Source of the DNA: an uncultured Verrucomicrobiae bacterium
GTDB lineage: Bacteria; Verrucomicrobiota; Verrucomicrobiia; Limisphaerales; JAFGQR01
Assembly: GCA_963788655.1 (NCBI GenBank)
Contig: CAWBHS010000072.1
Span: 352,001 to 416,000, forward strand
DNA: 64,000 nt
Direction: 5' to 3'
A model generated the notes under the pieces. It worked only from the letters and a program-made list of their open reading frames with translations. It made no database searches and was not told where the DNA came from. The stretch's first letter is position 1. The number at the start of each line of letters is the position of its first letter. Position numbers and translations under genes: made by a program. Positions 1 through 10,482 of the stretch are shown piece after piece.

Positions 1-2699
1 CGGATGACACATGGAAGCTCAAAGGCTTGCAGGCCGAATATCGCGGGCTGCACTTCCAAATCAGCGGCACCCTCACAAATGCCTCCGCGCTCCGCGATTG
101 GCGCTTTGCTCGGAAACCCAGCGCTGGTCCAGGAAAGATGGAAGACTGGCTCGACCGAATCGAGGCGATCGCGCGGCAAGTGTCCGTGGCCGGCACGCCG
201 GAGCTGGAGCTCGTGGTTCATGGCGACGCCCGGACGTTCCAGGATTTCCATGCGGGCATCAGCTTGCGGGCGGCCGGATTTGCTTCACCCTGGGGCCGTG
301 GCACGAACTTGATACTGTCCGCCAACCTCACGACCGCCCCGGATTCGAACAATACGGCGCACGCGTTTCTTCGATTATCCGCGGAACAGGCGGACACACC
401 TTGGGCGCAAGCCGGGCGGGTGGAGGTTGAATCCGACTTCGTCCCTTCATGGTCCGGCGTCATGCCCACCAACGCCGACCTCGAAATCCGGTTGCACACC
501 GCGCGGACTTCGGTTGGGCAAGCCGAAGCCATTCGGCTCCAACTTCATTCCCGCCCAGCGGCGACCAACGTGGCCGTGCGGCAAACGGACTTCACGCTGA
601 CGGCGGCGGCGCCGGTCAGTAAATGGGGCCGCGCCGATCAACTTCGGTTTACGGGGCAGTTGGCGCATTCGCCGACAAATTGGCTGCCGGCCTCCGAAAC
701 GACGCTGCTGGTGGTGAACCAACTCGAAACGCGTTGGGGCCGCGCGGACGCGGTGCAACTGCACAGCCGGGGCGCCTTGGGATCAACGAATGCCCTGATC
801 CGAACCAACCTGACCTGGCCCGAACGCCTGGCCGAGATTCCGTTCGCCGCGGACGGAACCATCACCAATCTCTCCACGTCCGAGGTGAACAGCGAACGCG
901 CCACCTTTGCCGTTCAATGGCAGGCGCCGCGACTGCACTTGGAAACGACCGCGGAGTTGGACGGCCATCTTGATGCCCGGGTCGATCTCGACACGGCGAC
1001 CCGGCAGTTGCAGTTCCACGTGGCCAGCCGGCTGGCCGCCCAACGAATCGTTTCCTGGCTGGGCACCAACGCGCCTGCATGGCTGAAGGACTTCTCGTTC
1101 TCGACCCCGCCGCAATTCCAGGCCGATGGAAGTTTGGTGCTGCCGGCCTGGACCAACCGGCCGCCTGACTGGCAGGGCGCAGTGCTGCCCACGCTCGCCG
1201 CGGAGGCGCGATTCGATTTGGGCGAATCCCGGTTTCGCGAACTTGAGGTGCAACAGTTGCGGAGTGCCTGGGCTTGCACCAACGGGGTCATTCAATTGCG
1301 GCGCTTGCAAGTCACCCGGCCCGAAGGCGGGCTGGAGGCTTTGGGCCATTACGATTTGGCGACCGGGGAATTTTTTGTGCAGACCGAAAGTCAGTTGGAT
1401 CCGAAAATCCTGCAGCCCTTGTTTCATCATCCCAAGGCGCAGCGGGGATTCGACATTGTGCAATTTACTGAGCCGCCGCGGATTCGGGCGCAGATGTCTG
1501 GGAACCGCAAGGATTGGACCGGCTGGCACGGCTCCGGCGAGATTGCGGTGACCAATTTTGCCGTGAGAGGCCAGTCGGCCCGCGATTGCGTGGCCCGGTG
1601 CGTCTATACCAATCAGTTCCTGTCCGTGCTGTCGCCCGTAATTGAACGGGAGGGCGAAATCGCCACGGCGGATGGAATTGGGATCGATTTGCGCCGCAGC
1701 CTGCTTTACCTCACGAACATTGCCGGGAACTTGAATCCGTACGCCCTGTTGCGCGCCATCAACACGAAGACCGCGCAAACCATCGAGCGCTATCAGTTCG
1801 CCGTCATGCCGCAAATCTCCGGCGGCGGGGTGATCGGCTTGAAGGCGCGGGATCATGCGGAGAACGTCCATTTTCACGTTGCGGGTGGGCCGTTCCACTG
1901 GCACGTGTTCAACCTGACGAACCTGTCCGGCGATGTTTCGGTGGTGGGTGAGACGGTGCAACTTACCAACCTGGTCGGCGGCTTCTACGAAGGCCGCTTG
2001 GCGGGCAATGCCTGGTTCGATTGGAGCGGCACGAACGGCACGGATCTGGGATTTTTCATCACCTTGCAGAACGCCAGCCTGGCTTTGCTGATGAAAGATG
2101 TCAGCAGCCAGACCAATCACCTGGAAGGCCGACTCAGCGGTTATCTGGACGTGACCCACGCCAATAGCGATGATCCGAAAAGCTGGGAAGGTTACGGCCA
2201 CTTGGAACTGGTGAATGGCTTGATTTGGGATATCCCGGTCTTTGGCCTGGTTTCCCGGATGCTGAACCAGTTCGTGCCCGGCCTGGGTTACAGCCGCGCG
2301 AAAGAGGCGGTAGCGGATTACAGCATCACGAACAGTGTCGTCTTCACCAAGGACCTCGACATTCGCGCGACCGGCATGCGCATGCATTACAAGGGCACGG
2401 TCGGGTTTGATGAAACGCTGGATGCCCGGGTGGAAGCGGAGTTGTTGCGTGACCTGCCGGGATTTGGTTTTCTCTTTTCCACCGTCTTGATGCCGGTAAC
2501 CAAACTGTTCGTGCTGAAAGTCACCGGCACCTGGAACGATCCCGTGACCGAACCGTTGTACATTATTCCCAATTTGGTTTCGAAAATCATTCTCGTTCCG
2601 TTCCGCCCGTTAAGCACTTTCAAAGAAATGTTGGTGCCCGAAACCAAGCCGGAAAAGCCCAATCCCGCAGATAATCCGCCTCGCCCTAAACCGGAATAA
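1..2699 (+). CDS. AsmA-like (AsmA_2/YhdP/TamB superfamily) envelope protein, 5'-partial
   Basis: Frame is open from base 3 (DDTWKLKGLQAEY...). Long beta-rich body. C-terminus ...GHLELVNGLIWDIPVFGLVSRML...MHYKGTVGFDETLDARVE...KLFVLKVTGTWNDP matches the AsmA-like C-terminal region. Confidence 0.75.
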   Translation, partial: DDTWKLKGLQAEYRGLHFQISGTLTNASALRDWRFARKPSAGPGKMEDWLDRIEAIARQVSVAGTPELELVVHGDARTFQDFHAGISLRAAGFASPWGRGTNLILSANLTTAPDSNNTAHAFLRLSAEQADTPWAQAGRVEVESDFVPSWSGVMPTNADLEIRLHTARTSVGQAEAIRLQLHSRPAATNVAVRQTDFTLTAAAPVSKWGRADQLRFTGQLAHSPTNWLPASETTLLVVNQLETRWGRADAVQLHSRGALGSTNALIRTNLTWPERLAEIPFAADGTITNLSTSEVNSERATFAVQWQAPRLHLETTAELDGHLDARVDLDTATRQLQFHVASRLAAQRIVSWLGTNAPAWLKDFSFSTPPQFQADGSLVLPAWTNRPPDWQGAVLPTLAAEARFDLGESRFRELEVQQLRSAWACTNGVIQLRRLQVTRPEGGLEALGHYDLATGEFFVQTESQLDPKILQPLFHHPKAQRGFDIVQFTEPPRIRAQMSGNRKDWTGWHGSGEIAVTNFAVRGQSARDCVARCVYTNQFLSVLSPVIEREGEIATADGIGIDLRRSLLYLTNIAGNLNPYALLRAINTKTAQTIERYQFAVMPQISGGGVIGLKARDHAENVHFHVAGGPFHWHVFNLTNLSGDVSVVGETVQLTNLVGGFYEGRLAGNAWFDWSGTNGTDLGFFITLQNASLALLMKDVSSQTNHLEGRLSGYLDVTHANSDDPKSWEGYGHLELVNGLIWDIPVFGLVSRMLNQFVPGLGYSRAKEAVADYSITNSVVFTKDLDIRATGMRMHYKGTVGFDETLDARVEAELLRDLPGFGFLFSTVLMPVTKLFVLKVTGTWNDPVTEPLYIIPNLVSKIILVPFRPLSTFKEMLVPETKPEKPNPADNPPRPKPE

Positions 2700-2762
2700 C
2701 CTTGCCGCCAAAGGCAACTGCCAGTCCGAATGTCAGGAAGCAATTCTGCCCGCCGAACATAT

Positions 2763-2800
2763 CTACGAAGATTTTCGGACATCTACGAATGGGTTCGTAG
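2763..2800. promoter_or_regulatory. Tandem palindromic operator upstream of blaI-like repressor
   Basis: CTACGAA-gatt-TTCGGAC (2763-2780) and the perfect CTACGAA-tggg-TTCGTAG (2783-2800), 20 bp apart, 31 nt before the ATG. BlaI/MecI/CopY repressors autoregulate through paired palindromes. Confidence 0.7.
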
Positions 2801-2831
2801 TGTGGGCCGTGTTTGATGATGCAAGTGGATT

Positions 2832-3221
2832 ATGCCGAAGCGGATTGTGCCTAAACCGACCGAGGGCGAACTGGCCATCCTGCAGGTGTTGGGGCGGCGC
2901 GGCCCCAGCACCGTCCGCGCAGTGATGGAGGAACTGAATCGTGTTCAGGAAACCGGCTACACGACGGTGTTCCAACTCATGCAGATCATAACTACCAAGG
3001 GCCTGGTCCGGCGCGAGGAATCGCAACGCACCCCTCTGTATGAGGCGGCCTTCAGCGAGGCGGACACCCAACGGCGATTGTTGGGAGACTTGTTGGATCG
3101 GGCGTTTAGCGGTTCCGCGCATCAATTGGTTTTGCAGGCGCTGGCCACGAAGAAAGCCTCGCCGGCGGAATTGGCGGAGATTCGCAAGCTGCTGGACACC
3201 CTCGAAGGAGGTGGAAAATGA
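2832..3221 (+). CDS. blaI: BlaI/MecI/CopY family transcriptional repressor
   Basis: PTEGELAILQVL...GPSTVRAVMEEL...GYTTV..LMQI..KGLVRR...LLDRAFSGSA..LVLQAL...ELAEIRKLL. Stop overlaps the next start (ATGA). Confidence 0.92.
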   Translation: MPKRIVPKPTEGELAILQVLGRRGPSTVRAVMEELNRVQETGYTTVFQLMQIITTKGLVRREESQRTPLYEAAFSEADTQRRLLGDLLDRAFSGSAHQLVLQALATKKASPAELAEIRKLLDTLEGGGK

Positions 3222-3405
3222 CCGACTTCCACGATTTCCTATCCCATCCGTTGGTGAGACGGTTGGGGCGGACCTTGGTCCATTCTGTCTGGCAGGGAAC
3301 TTTGGTTGCGAGTGCCTTCATGCTGGGGCGGATGCTGATGACACGGACCTCCGCGAATGCCCGTTACTTCGCTGCCGTCAGCGCCTTGGGCTTGATGTTC
3401 GCTCG
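3218..3405 (+). pseudogene. Truncated BlaR1/MecR1 (M56 peptidase) sensor, N-terminal fragment only
   Basis: Coupled to blaI. LGRTLVHSVWQG...SANARYFAAVSALGLM is the M56 N-terminal signature. Homology stops after about 60 aa with no HExxH. The rest of ORF 3218-3736 runs antisense over the next gene. Confidence 0.75.
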
Positions 3406-3496
3406 ATTAGGAGGCCAACGGACCACGGCGTCCGACTTGGAAGGTGTCACCGGATGTCCTGCATCAAGATGCACCGGTGGCGGGATTTGCAAGGCG

Positions 3497-4243
3497 TTAG
3501 GTTCGGCGAATCCAAGCGCATTCCAAGACGGGATTATCGAGGTGAATTCGGCCATGGCGCTGCCAGTAATCCAAGAAACGCTTGGACTCCACCGACCAGT
3601 GTGCCTGCTGTTTGGAGAGTATCGCGTAGCGTTCCCGCATTCGTTCAAGCACATGCGCATGCCATTTGAAATGGTGAATCCTGCCCTGCTCCGGGAATGC
3701 CGTGCCGTCGTTGATCCAATGTTGCCCCAAGCCTAATTGTTTATGTCCCCGCAACAGTATTACCTTCTGAACCAAACCACCCAAAATGCGTTCGGTGAAT
3801 CGCACCACGCACGGGTACTGGTGCCAGAGGTTTCCCGGCGCCACGGGAGGCAGTGAACCGTCCTCGGCCACGCGATCATACATTTGTCCCCAGAGGTAAT
3901 CGTAATCGTGGCGCTCCGCTTCGCCCAGCAATTCCGGCATAGACCGCGGGTATTCATGGAATTCATCGAGGTCCGCCACGGCCCACCATTCAGTGCGCCC
4001 GACATGCTTCTCCGCGAGTTGCTGCTTGCACGTGGTTTCCAACCGGCTGGAGTATTCCCCGGAATACGAACGCACGCAGACGCAGGAATACCCTTGAACG
4101 GACTTCTGAATCTGGCGCCAACACGGACTGCGGCGTCCCTCATGCACGCCAATGAAGAATTGATCCATGCCCAGTTGCCGGTAGTGATCCAAAAAATGCG
4201 GGAGCAACTCGGCGTGACGGTAAATCGTCGTGATAATTTTCAT
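3497..4243 (-). CDS. Glycosyltransferase, GT-A fold (Glyco_tranf_2_4 / GT2-like)
   Basis: MKIITTI...LLPHFLDHYRQLGMDQFFI...WWAVADLDEF (DxD motif)...IHHFKW. Confidence 0.8.
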   Translation of the reverse strand: MKIITTIYRHAELLPHFLDHYRQLGMDQFFIGVHEGRRSPCWRQIQKSVQGYSCVCVRSYSGEYSSRLETTCKQQLAEKHVGRTEWWAVADLDEFHEYPRSMPELLGEAERHDYDYLWGQMYDRVAEDGSLPPVAPGNLWHQYPCVVRFTERILGGLVQKVILLRGHKQLGLGQHWINDGTAFPEQGRIHHFKWHAHVLERMRERYAILSKQQAHWSVESKRFLDYWQRHGRIHLDNPVLECAWIRRT

Positions 4244-4300
4244 GCCGCGAGGCGTTGCCACAGGACATGCAATATGGCAATCAATGCCTTTCGAGTTCGG

Positions 4301-7300
4301 TTATTCCAAGTGGCGCTTTTGCAGTTCAAGTATTTCTTGTCGCAGGTGGGCAAGGTGTTGGGCTTGCTCAGCATTGCCCGATGACGTGTTCTGCAATCGG
4401 TCCAAATGAAACAATGCAGCGTTCCATTGTTGATGATCCATGCAGGCGTGAACTTGATTCTCGTGCCACGTCGCGAGTTCGGTTGGCGAAACCACAAATG
4501 CATCCGGGCAGCGGACGCGTAAGGACTCCCATCTTTGGTGGAGGGAGACTCGGCCGCCTGGCGCATTAGCTTCATTGCTGGTTGCAAGGGTGATACCGGT
4601 TTCCAGATCCGCCAGTTGGCCTAACTCGTCCGCTGTCTCATGGGCGAAAGGCAGTTTCAGGATGGCGGCTCCCCCGTGGTTATTAGCAGTGAGCAAGTAG
4701 CGGTCGTCCCCTGCGAATTGAACGCGTAACGCTAAAAAACCAATCGGCACCGGTGGCGTGATTGGTCGGCTCGTTGCTATGTCCCAAATCCGGGCCGTTT
4801 GGTGGCCGCACACCGTTACCAGCCATTGGCCGTTCTCGCTGAACGCCGCCCCGTAAACTTTCGATTTATGTTGCAACGGCATGGTGATGGGTTGTTTGGT
4901 GTCGGCGTCCCATACCATTGCTGTGAAGTCTTCCCCGGTGGTTACGAGGCGTCGCCCGTCGTCACTGAAGGCAACGTAGAGCACTCCGTCTTTGTGCGGC
5001 AGCGGCGGCCCAACGGATTGTCCATTACGGGTGTCCCAGACCTGTGCGACGCACTTGTTCAAGCCGTTATCCTGCGTGCCGGTAACCACCTGCTGTCCAT
5101 CGGGCCGAAATTGAACACACCACACTTCCTTGGAATGAAGGAGCGCCGGACAATGGAGCGCTCCGGAGTCAACCTCCCAAAGTTGGACCGAACGGCCGCA
5201 AACCGTCAGCAAAATGTGGCTGTCGGGACTGAACACGGCGTTGCTGATCGCGGCGGCCGTGTGTATCGGCGGCAAAGAAGGCTGTCCGGTACGGGCATCG
5301 TAAAGCTGCGCGGTCTGGTCGCTATACACCGCAACGTGTTGGCCATCCTCACTGAGGAGCACGCCCGTGCCAGCGGCTGCAATTGGGATCGGGGGCGAGA
5401 GTTTTTCTCCGGTCCTCACGTTCCCAACTTGAACGAGGTTTGACGCACCATTCATTCCCGAAGCGATTGAATATCGGGCAAGGATATAGCTGCCGTTTCG
5501 CGAGAGACTTGTCGTTTGCACCGGCTGAGGCAAATCAAGCGTCGGTTGGAAGGTGATCCCCGTGTTGACCTCCAGAATCTGCACTGTGTTGGACTGCCAC
5601 GTTAGCAGTTGGCCACTTGGCGAAATCGACGCGGGATGGATTTCCCGTCGCGCAGTGGCGCAGCCTGCCAAATCCCACACCCGGACGGTGCCGTCAGCGC
5701 AGGCCGACACGATCCGATGACTGTCCGGGTCGAAGGCCGCGTGGATCACTCCGCCGGAGTGTTTTAACATCGGGTGCCCGCGAACCGGTTGGCGGGAATA
5801 GGTATCCCATACCCGCACGGTTTTGTCAAAGCTCGAGGTGACGATCCAGCGGCCGTCTGGACTGTAATCGACGCTGGTGATGCCATCGTCGTGTTTCAGC
5901 GGCGGCGGCAATTCTTCACCGCTTTCCACTTCCCAAATCCGCGCGTTACGATCGTACGACGCGGTCACAATAAACCGGTCATCCGGACTGAAGGCTGCCC
6001 CGTAAACCCAGTTGGGATGTCGTAGGGGAGGGGCGGCCAGGTTGCCAGTGGTGGCGTCCCAGATCAAGGCAGTGTGATCGATGCTACAGGTCACAATCCG
6101 TCGTCCGTCATGGCTGAAGGCCGCATAGAGAATGAGGTCGGTGTGTTTGCGTAACTCACGCGCCAGCGTTCCGGTGTGAGCATTCCAGAGGTATGCGAGG
6201 TGATTGTTGCAAGCCGTCACCACCCATCGGTCGTCCGGGCTGAAGTGGGCGTTCTTGACTCGCGCGGGATGGGGTAATTGCCGGATGCGTTCGCGCGTCT
6301 GAGCATTCCAAATTGTCGCGGTTTTGTCCCAACCAGCCGTCACGATCCAAGTGCCGTCATGGCTAAACGAGGCGGTTTCCAGTCCGGGACCCGCCCCAAA
6401 CGGTGGGCCAACCGGTTGCCCCGAAGCCAGGTTGCAGATACGGGCTCCTCGGCGTTGCATGCTAATCAAGACGCGCGTCCCATCGGGGCTGAATTCAACA
6501 TCGTTGGCCGCCTCGTCCATGACCCACAAATGGGTCAGTTTGGGACAGGCGTCCAACACCGTGCCCAGCCGCAGCCGATGGGCAGGATCGTGTAGGCCGG
6601 GCTCCAGTTGCCAGGCCGCCGCAAAGGCCGGCAGCGAACTCAGAAAATCGCCGGCGTCCACGTCATGGATGCCATCAGCAATCATGCCGCCAATCTCCCG
6701 CTGTCGCATTTCGGCCGCGTGCTGGATTTCTCGATTGACAGCAACCCCCACAGCGAGCGCCACGCATCCCGCCACGGCGGCACCGATGCCAAGTCGCTTG
6801 GCCTTGGCCAGACGCTGCTCCAACCAATGCAGCCGTTTGATGGACTTGCCCTTGGACAACGCAAACAGGTCGGCGTGCAGATCGTGCGCGGTGGCGTAGC
6901 GCTCGGCCCGCTCCGGTTGGCAGGCCTTAATGATGATCTCATTAAGCTCAAGGCATTCCTCCGCATCCGGCCAAGTATTCAGCGCTCGCGGCAGCTCGGG
7001 GAATTCCTGCCGGTCCAAGCCCGTACTCAGTTCATAGAGCACTTTGCCCAGACTGTACACGTCCGCCTGAAACGTACCGGGGCCTTCCGGCGGAATGAAA
7101 CCCGTCGTGCCTACGTAAGTACGCGCCTCTTTAAGCGTGCGGACCAAACCGATGTCCGCCAACTTGGGCGTTCCGCGCACAAAGATGATGTTGGACGGCT
7201 TGATGTCACGATGCACCAATTCATGCCGGTGCAGATGATCAATGGCTTCGCTCAATCGCAAGCCCAGCGCGACACACTCGTTGGCCGGCAACCGGCCGCG

Positions 7301-7723
7301 CCGGGCTAGTTCGTCCGCCAACGTCTTGGGCACGTATGTCTCGGGATTCGGTACCCCACCAGGCGGACCGTCTTTTCGGTCGTCACCCAATTCCATTACG
7401 TAATAAAAAAAACCGGCCTGTTCATCCCGGCCGACTTGCAGCACGTCCACCAATCCGTCGTGCGAGCGCGAAATGGGTTCGAAGTTTTTGATGCCCTCAT
7501 ACTCCCGTTCCGCAAGTCGATCGGGATCTTGCTCATCCCAGACAACCACTTTGACCGCGCGCGACGTTCCCAAGCGGTTTAGCGCAAGCCAGACGGTACC
7601 ATAGCTTCCCTGGCCAATGCGACGCAGCACCTCGTGCTCCGGGATGTGCGGAATCAGGGGAGCAGCGTCCGTGGAAACGGTGTTGCCGGTTGTCTTGTGC
7701 TCTGAATCTTCGCGACTATTCAT
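4301..7723 (-). CDS. Hanks-type Ser/Thr protein kinase with hydrophobic segment and WD40 repeats
   Basis: IGQGSYGTVW, RAVKVV, HRDIKPSNII, KLADIGL, DVYSLG. Hydrophobic LGIGAAVAGCVALAVGVAV, then more than 10 repeats of the F(S)PDG..IVT...D.TA.IW type. Confidence 0.95.
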   Translation of the reverse strand: MNSREDSEHKTTGNTVSTDAAPLIPHIPEHEVLRRIGQGSYGTVWLALNRLGTSRAVKVVVWDEQDPDRLAEREYEGIKNFEPISRSHDGLVDVLQVGRDEQAGFFYYVMELGDDRKDGPPGGVPNPETYVPKTLADELARRGRLPANECVALGLRLSEAIDHLHRHELVHRDIKPSNIIFVRGTPKLADIGLVRTLKEARTYVGTTGFIPPEGPGTFQADVYSLGKVLYELSTGLDRQEFPELPRALNTWPDAEECLELNEIIIKACQPERAERYATAHDLHADLFALSKGKSIKRLHWLEQRLAKAKRLGIGAAVAGCVALAVGVAVNREIQHAAEMRQREIGGMIADGIHDVDAGDFLSSLPAFAAAWQLEPGLHDPAHRLRLGTVLDACPKLTHLWVMDEAANDVEFSPDGTRVLISMQRRGARICNLASGQPVGPPFGAGPGLETASFSHDGTWIVTAGWDKTATIWNAQTRERIRQLPHPARVKNAHFSPDDRWVVTACNNHLAYLWNAHTGTLARELRKHTDLILYAAFSHDGRRIVTCSIDHTALIWDATTGNLAAPPLRHPNWVYGAAFSPDDRFIVTASYDRNARIWEVESGEELPPPLKHDDGITSVDYSPDGRWIVTSSFDKTVRVWDTYSRQPVRGHPMLKHSGGVIHAAFDPDSHRIVSACADGTVRVWDLAGCATARREIHPASISPSGQLLTWQSNTVQILEVNTGITFQPTLDLPQPVQTTSLSRNGSYILARYSIASGMNGASNLVQVGNVRTGEKLSPPIPIAAAGTGVLLSEDGQHVAVYSDQTAQLYDARTGQPSLPPIHTAAAISNAVFSPDSHILLTVCGRSVQLWEVDSGALHCPALLHSKEVWCVQFRPDGQQVVTGTQDNGLNKCVAQVWDTRNGQSVGPPLPHKDGVLYVAFSDDGRRLVTTGEDFTAMVWDADTKQPITMPLQHKSKVYGAAFSENGQWLVTVCGHQTARIWDIATSRPITPPVPIGFLALRVQFAGDDRYLLTANNHGGAAILKLPFAHETADELGQLADLETGITLATSNEANAPGGRVSLHQRWESLRVRCPDAFVVSPTELATWHENQVHACMDHQQWNAALFHLDRLQNTSSGNAEQAQHLAHLRQEILELQKRHLE

Positions 7724-7926
7724 TGAGTCAGGCCGTCAGGATTTTACCTATCAGGCCACTCACCCAATCCGCCCGACCGTCTGCCCATGTTGCGTCACCA
7801 AGCGGCTCAGTTGGCCGACTGATTGTCAGCAGTTGGGATGCACCTCTTTCTACGTTCTCCTGTCGCCTGATGGCAATTCTTTTTTTGTCCCAAACCTCTG
7901 GAACATGCTGATCCCCATCTCCGGTG

Positions 7927-10482
7927 TCAGAATTTCCAATCCGGAGCAAAATCCAGTGCCTGATGGAACCTGCCGCCCCATACGCTTTGCTTGCCAAGGT
8001 GCTGGACTAACGAGGGGACATGGTAGTAGATCGGTCGCGGTAAGCGTCCGGCGAGACGCGACAATTTGATGTCCTGCATTCCCTCCACCTCGTCCCAATG
8101 CCGCAAAACATACGCTGCCGTCCGTCGGGGTAGAATGAACGCCTGACTGCCGTAGATCGCATTGGAACTCACAACGGCCGCATGATTGGGCACATCGTAT
8201 GCCAACTCGCGGACTCCTGGATTGTACAGGCTGGCCAGGGCCAGGCTGCCTTGGCGCAACGGCATCCAGTGTTCCAGATTGTGGCGCAAATGCTGATTGA
8301 AGTCCAAGTCATCCTCCAAAAACAGCACATAATCTGCGTCGTAATCCAAGCTGTGCTGCAAGGCTAACAAGCTGGTCTGGGTCTGCCGCTCCTGACGGCG
8401 TTCAAAGCGGTTGGCGTCCAGTTCAAGGTGTAGCCCGGCGTCGCCCCAGTCAGAGGCGGCCAACCGCTGCAAGGTTTGCTCTCGCAAGGATTGTCTATCG
8501 GCGCAGGAAATCATGCAGGCAACCAAACGGGGCCCCCGGCGTTTTGGGTATGGTATGGGCTTTGTCGCTGAGAGGTTCGCAAACCGGCTCAGACCTCCGT
8601 CCCAGCGTTCCTTCAGCCGCTGAAGCGCGGCCCGGCACTCCGCTTCGCCCCGAAAGTCCGGCACCACCTGGTTGCGCCCCAGCAAATCCCATTTGTCAGT
8701 GTTCCGATGTTGGAAAATGCGCCGACCGGTAAAGTCATGTTGGCACATCGTGCCTTCCAGCGCGTGAATCGGATGGGGGACCAGGGAATAGGATTGCTGG
8801 AGTTTGCAGAACGCCAAATGAAACGTCTCCTTGTCGCCGTACAAATGCCGGTAGTAAAAGTCCGAGTGTTCATTAAACCACAGGCTCAGCCGCAACGCCC
8901 GCCCGCATCGGGCCTTGTCCACGGCGATTTGGCCTGATTCAAATTCTGGCTCGGGCGGCCGGGCAAGCCCGCAATTGTCCCAGATGATTTGGGACTTTTC
9001 CAATTGGCCGAAGTCCGGCCAGAAAATGGCGCCGGTTCGACGAAATTCAGGTGTATCAAACAAAAACTCGGGGTTGACAACCGGTACATTGTCCGCGTCC
9101 AGCAATAACACCTCACGAAACGGAGCGTGCAAAATCGCATAAGGTTTAAGCTGCCAGCCGCCCAAGACGCGCACCGGCGCGCGTCGGCGTACTTTCAGGG
9201 CATCGATGCATTCCACATCGAACGGCTGCAAGAGCGCTTTCATGGATGCATCCATTTCCGGCGCTCCTAAATACCATAATTGGATGGGCAGACGACAGTT
9301 CTGTTGCCGCAGCATGTTAATTCCCACCCAGGCGTTGACGAACAGCTTGGCACCGCCTGCGCAAATCACGATCCCACGGCCGTGATGTTTCACCCGAGGC
9401 ATGGTGAGGCTTTGTACCGCTTGCTCGAGCGCAGGCCGAGCGGAATGGAGGTTCAAGGGTTGCCGGTCGAAATCGTTCGTGGCAGTCGCCCGGACAGCTT
9501 TGCCGGCGGCGCGCCGCTCTGGACCGGTCAAGGATTGCCGCGATCCGGCCGCGAAATATAATTCGATGCGGCGGATGACTTCGGCTGGATTGATCAGGTC
9601 CATGCACCGCGGCAGCCCATTCACCGCCTGCAAACATTGGTGATCGGGATGATCTCGTTCGTCGCCATCTCCCAATGGCTGCACCCGATCGCGCCAACAG
9701 CCCCCGGTTGCGCAACAAGGCAAACTGCCAATGGTGTGTATAAACTGATGTCCGGGGTAGGCTTCCCAGTGAGGGGGTTCTCGGCCGCCAGCGATGACGA
9801 CACATGGCCGCAATGGGGCTGTGCCTTCTTTGGTTTCCACCGCTGCTGCCAAGTGCATGAGTGCGGTCACCGGACAGAGCACTCCTTGGGCGTGGTAAAC
9901 AAGTCGCACCAGTTCCCGCAAGGTCGTCTGGCCGCGTAAATCGATTGCGCCATTCAACTTGGGGTGGTGATGGCCGTTCTGACCCACTTGCACGAACTGA
10001 ATCTTACCACGCAAACCATCCACCACCGCTTGAAACCGTTCGGTAGCCCACCATTTGATGGTGATATCGTATTTCCCTCCCGCGGCGACGATCCAAAACG
10101 GAATGTCACGCTGGGTCAGTTCATACACTTGGGAATACCAGGACTTCTCCAACTCGGACAAGTGGATATCCCCACGGTAATCCGTCGGCTTGATCGAGAT
10201 TTGCAACCGCTCGCTGAGTAACTCGGTCAGTGCGTGCAGGCAATGGTACGGAATCCAATCACAGCGGTTAATCAGCGGATAGCTGCACTCGACAACTGCA
10301 ACGTCGGGATCATTCTCCTCCAACGGTGTTATGTGGGGATTGTTCTCCCACAATTCCGGGCAGGCGGTGCGGACATCCGTCAGGAATTGACCGGGATACC
10401 AGCGGTGCAAATCCCGCACCGCTGCCGTCATCATCACGATGTCGCCCGGCGAAAATCCGTTATGTAAGATGATTTTGCGCAT
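7927..10482 (-). CDS. Three-domain glycosyltransferase: GT9 (heptosyltransferase-like) + GT71 (Mnn2/Mnn5-like mannosyltransferase) + C-terminal GT-A domain
   Basis: GT9: SPGDIVMMTAAVRDL...IKWW...IDLRGQTTLREL...LMHLAAAV. GT71: GRGIVICAG...KPYAILHAPFREVLLLDADN...GAIFWPD...ESGQ..VDK...YGDKETF. Third domain: VLFLEDD...YGSQAFIL...PSLVQHLG. Confidence 0.85.
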   Translation of the reverse strand: MRKIILHNGFSPGDIVMMTAAVRDLHRWYPGQFLTDVRTACPELWENNPHITPLEENDPDVAVVECSYPLINRCDWIPYHCLHALTELLSERLQISIKPTDYRGDIHLSELEKSWYSQVYELTQRDIPFWIVAAGGKYDITIKWWATERFQAVVDGLRGKIQFVQVGQNGHHHPKLNGAIDLRGQTTLRELVRLVYHAQGVLCPVTALMHLAAAVETKEGTAPLRPCVVIAGGREPPHWEAYPGHQFIHTIGSLPCCATGGCWRDRVQPLGDGDERDHPDHQCLQAVNGLPRCMDLINPAEVIRRIELYFAAGSRQSLTGPERRAAGKAVRATATNDFDRQPLNLHSARPALEQAVQSLTMPRVKHHGRGIVICAGGAKLFVNAWVGINMLRQQNCRLPIQLWYLGAPEMDASMKALLQPFDVECIDALKVRRRAPVRVLGGWQLKPYAILHAPFREVLLLDADNVPVVNPEFLFDTPEFRRTGAIFWPDFGQLEKSQIIWDNCGLARPPEPEFESGQIAVDKARCGRALRLSLWFNEHSDFYYRHLYGDKETFHLAFCKLQQSYSLVPHPIHALEGTMCQHDFTGRRIFQHRNTDKWDLLGRNQVVPDFRGEAECRAALQRLKERWDGGLSRFANLSATKPIPYPKRRGPRLVACMISCADRQSLREQTLQRLAASDWGDAGLHLELDANRFERRQERQTQTSLLALQHSLDYDADYVLFLEDDLDFNQHLRHNLEHWMPLRQGSLALASLYNPGVRELAYDVPNHAAVVSSNAIYGSQAFILPRRTAAYVLRHWDEVEGMQDIKLSRLAGRLPRPIYYHVPSLVQHLGKQSVWGGRFHQALDFAPDWKF

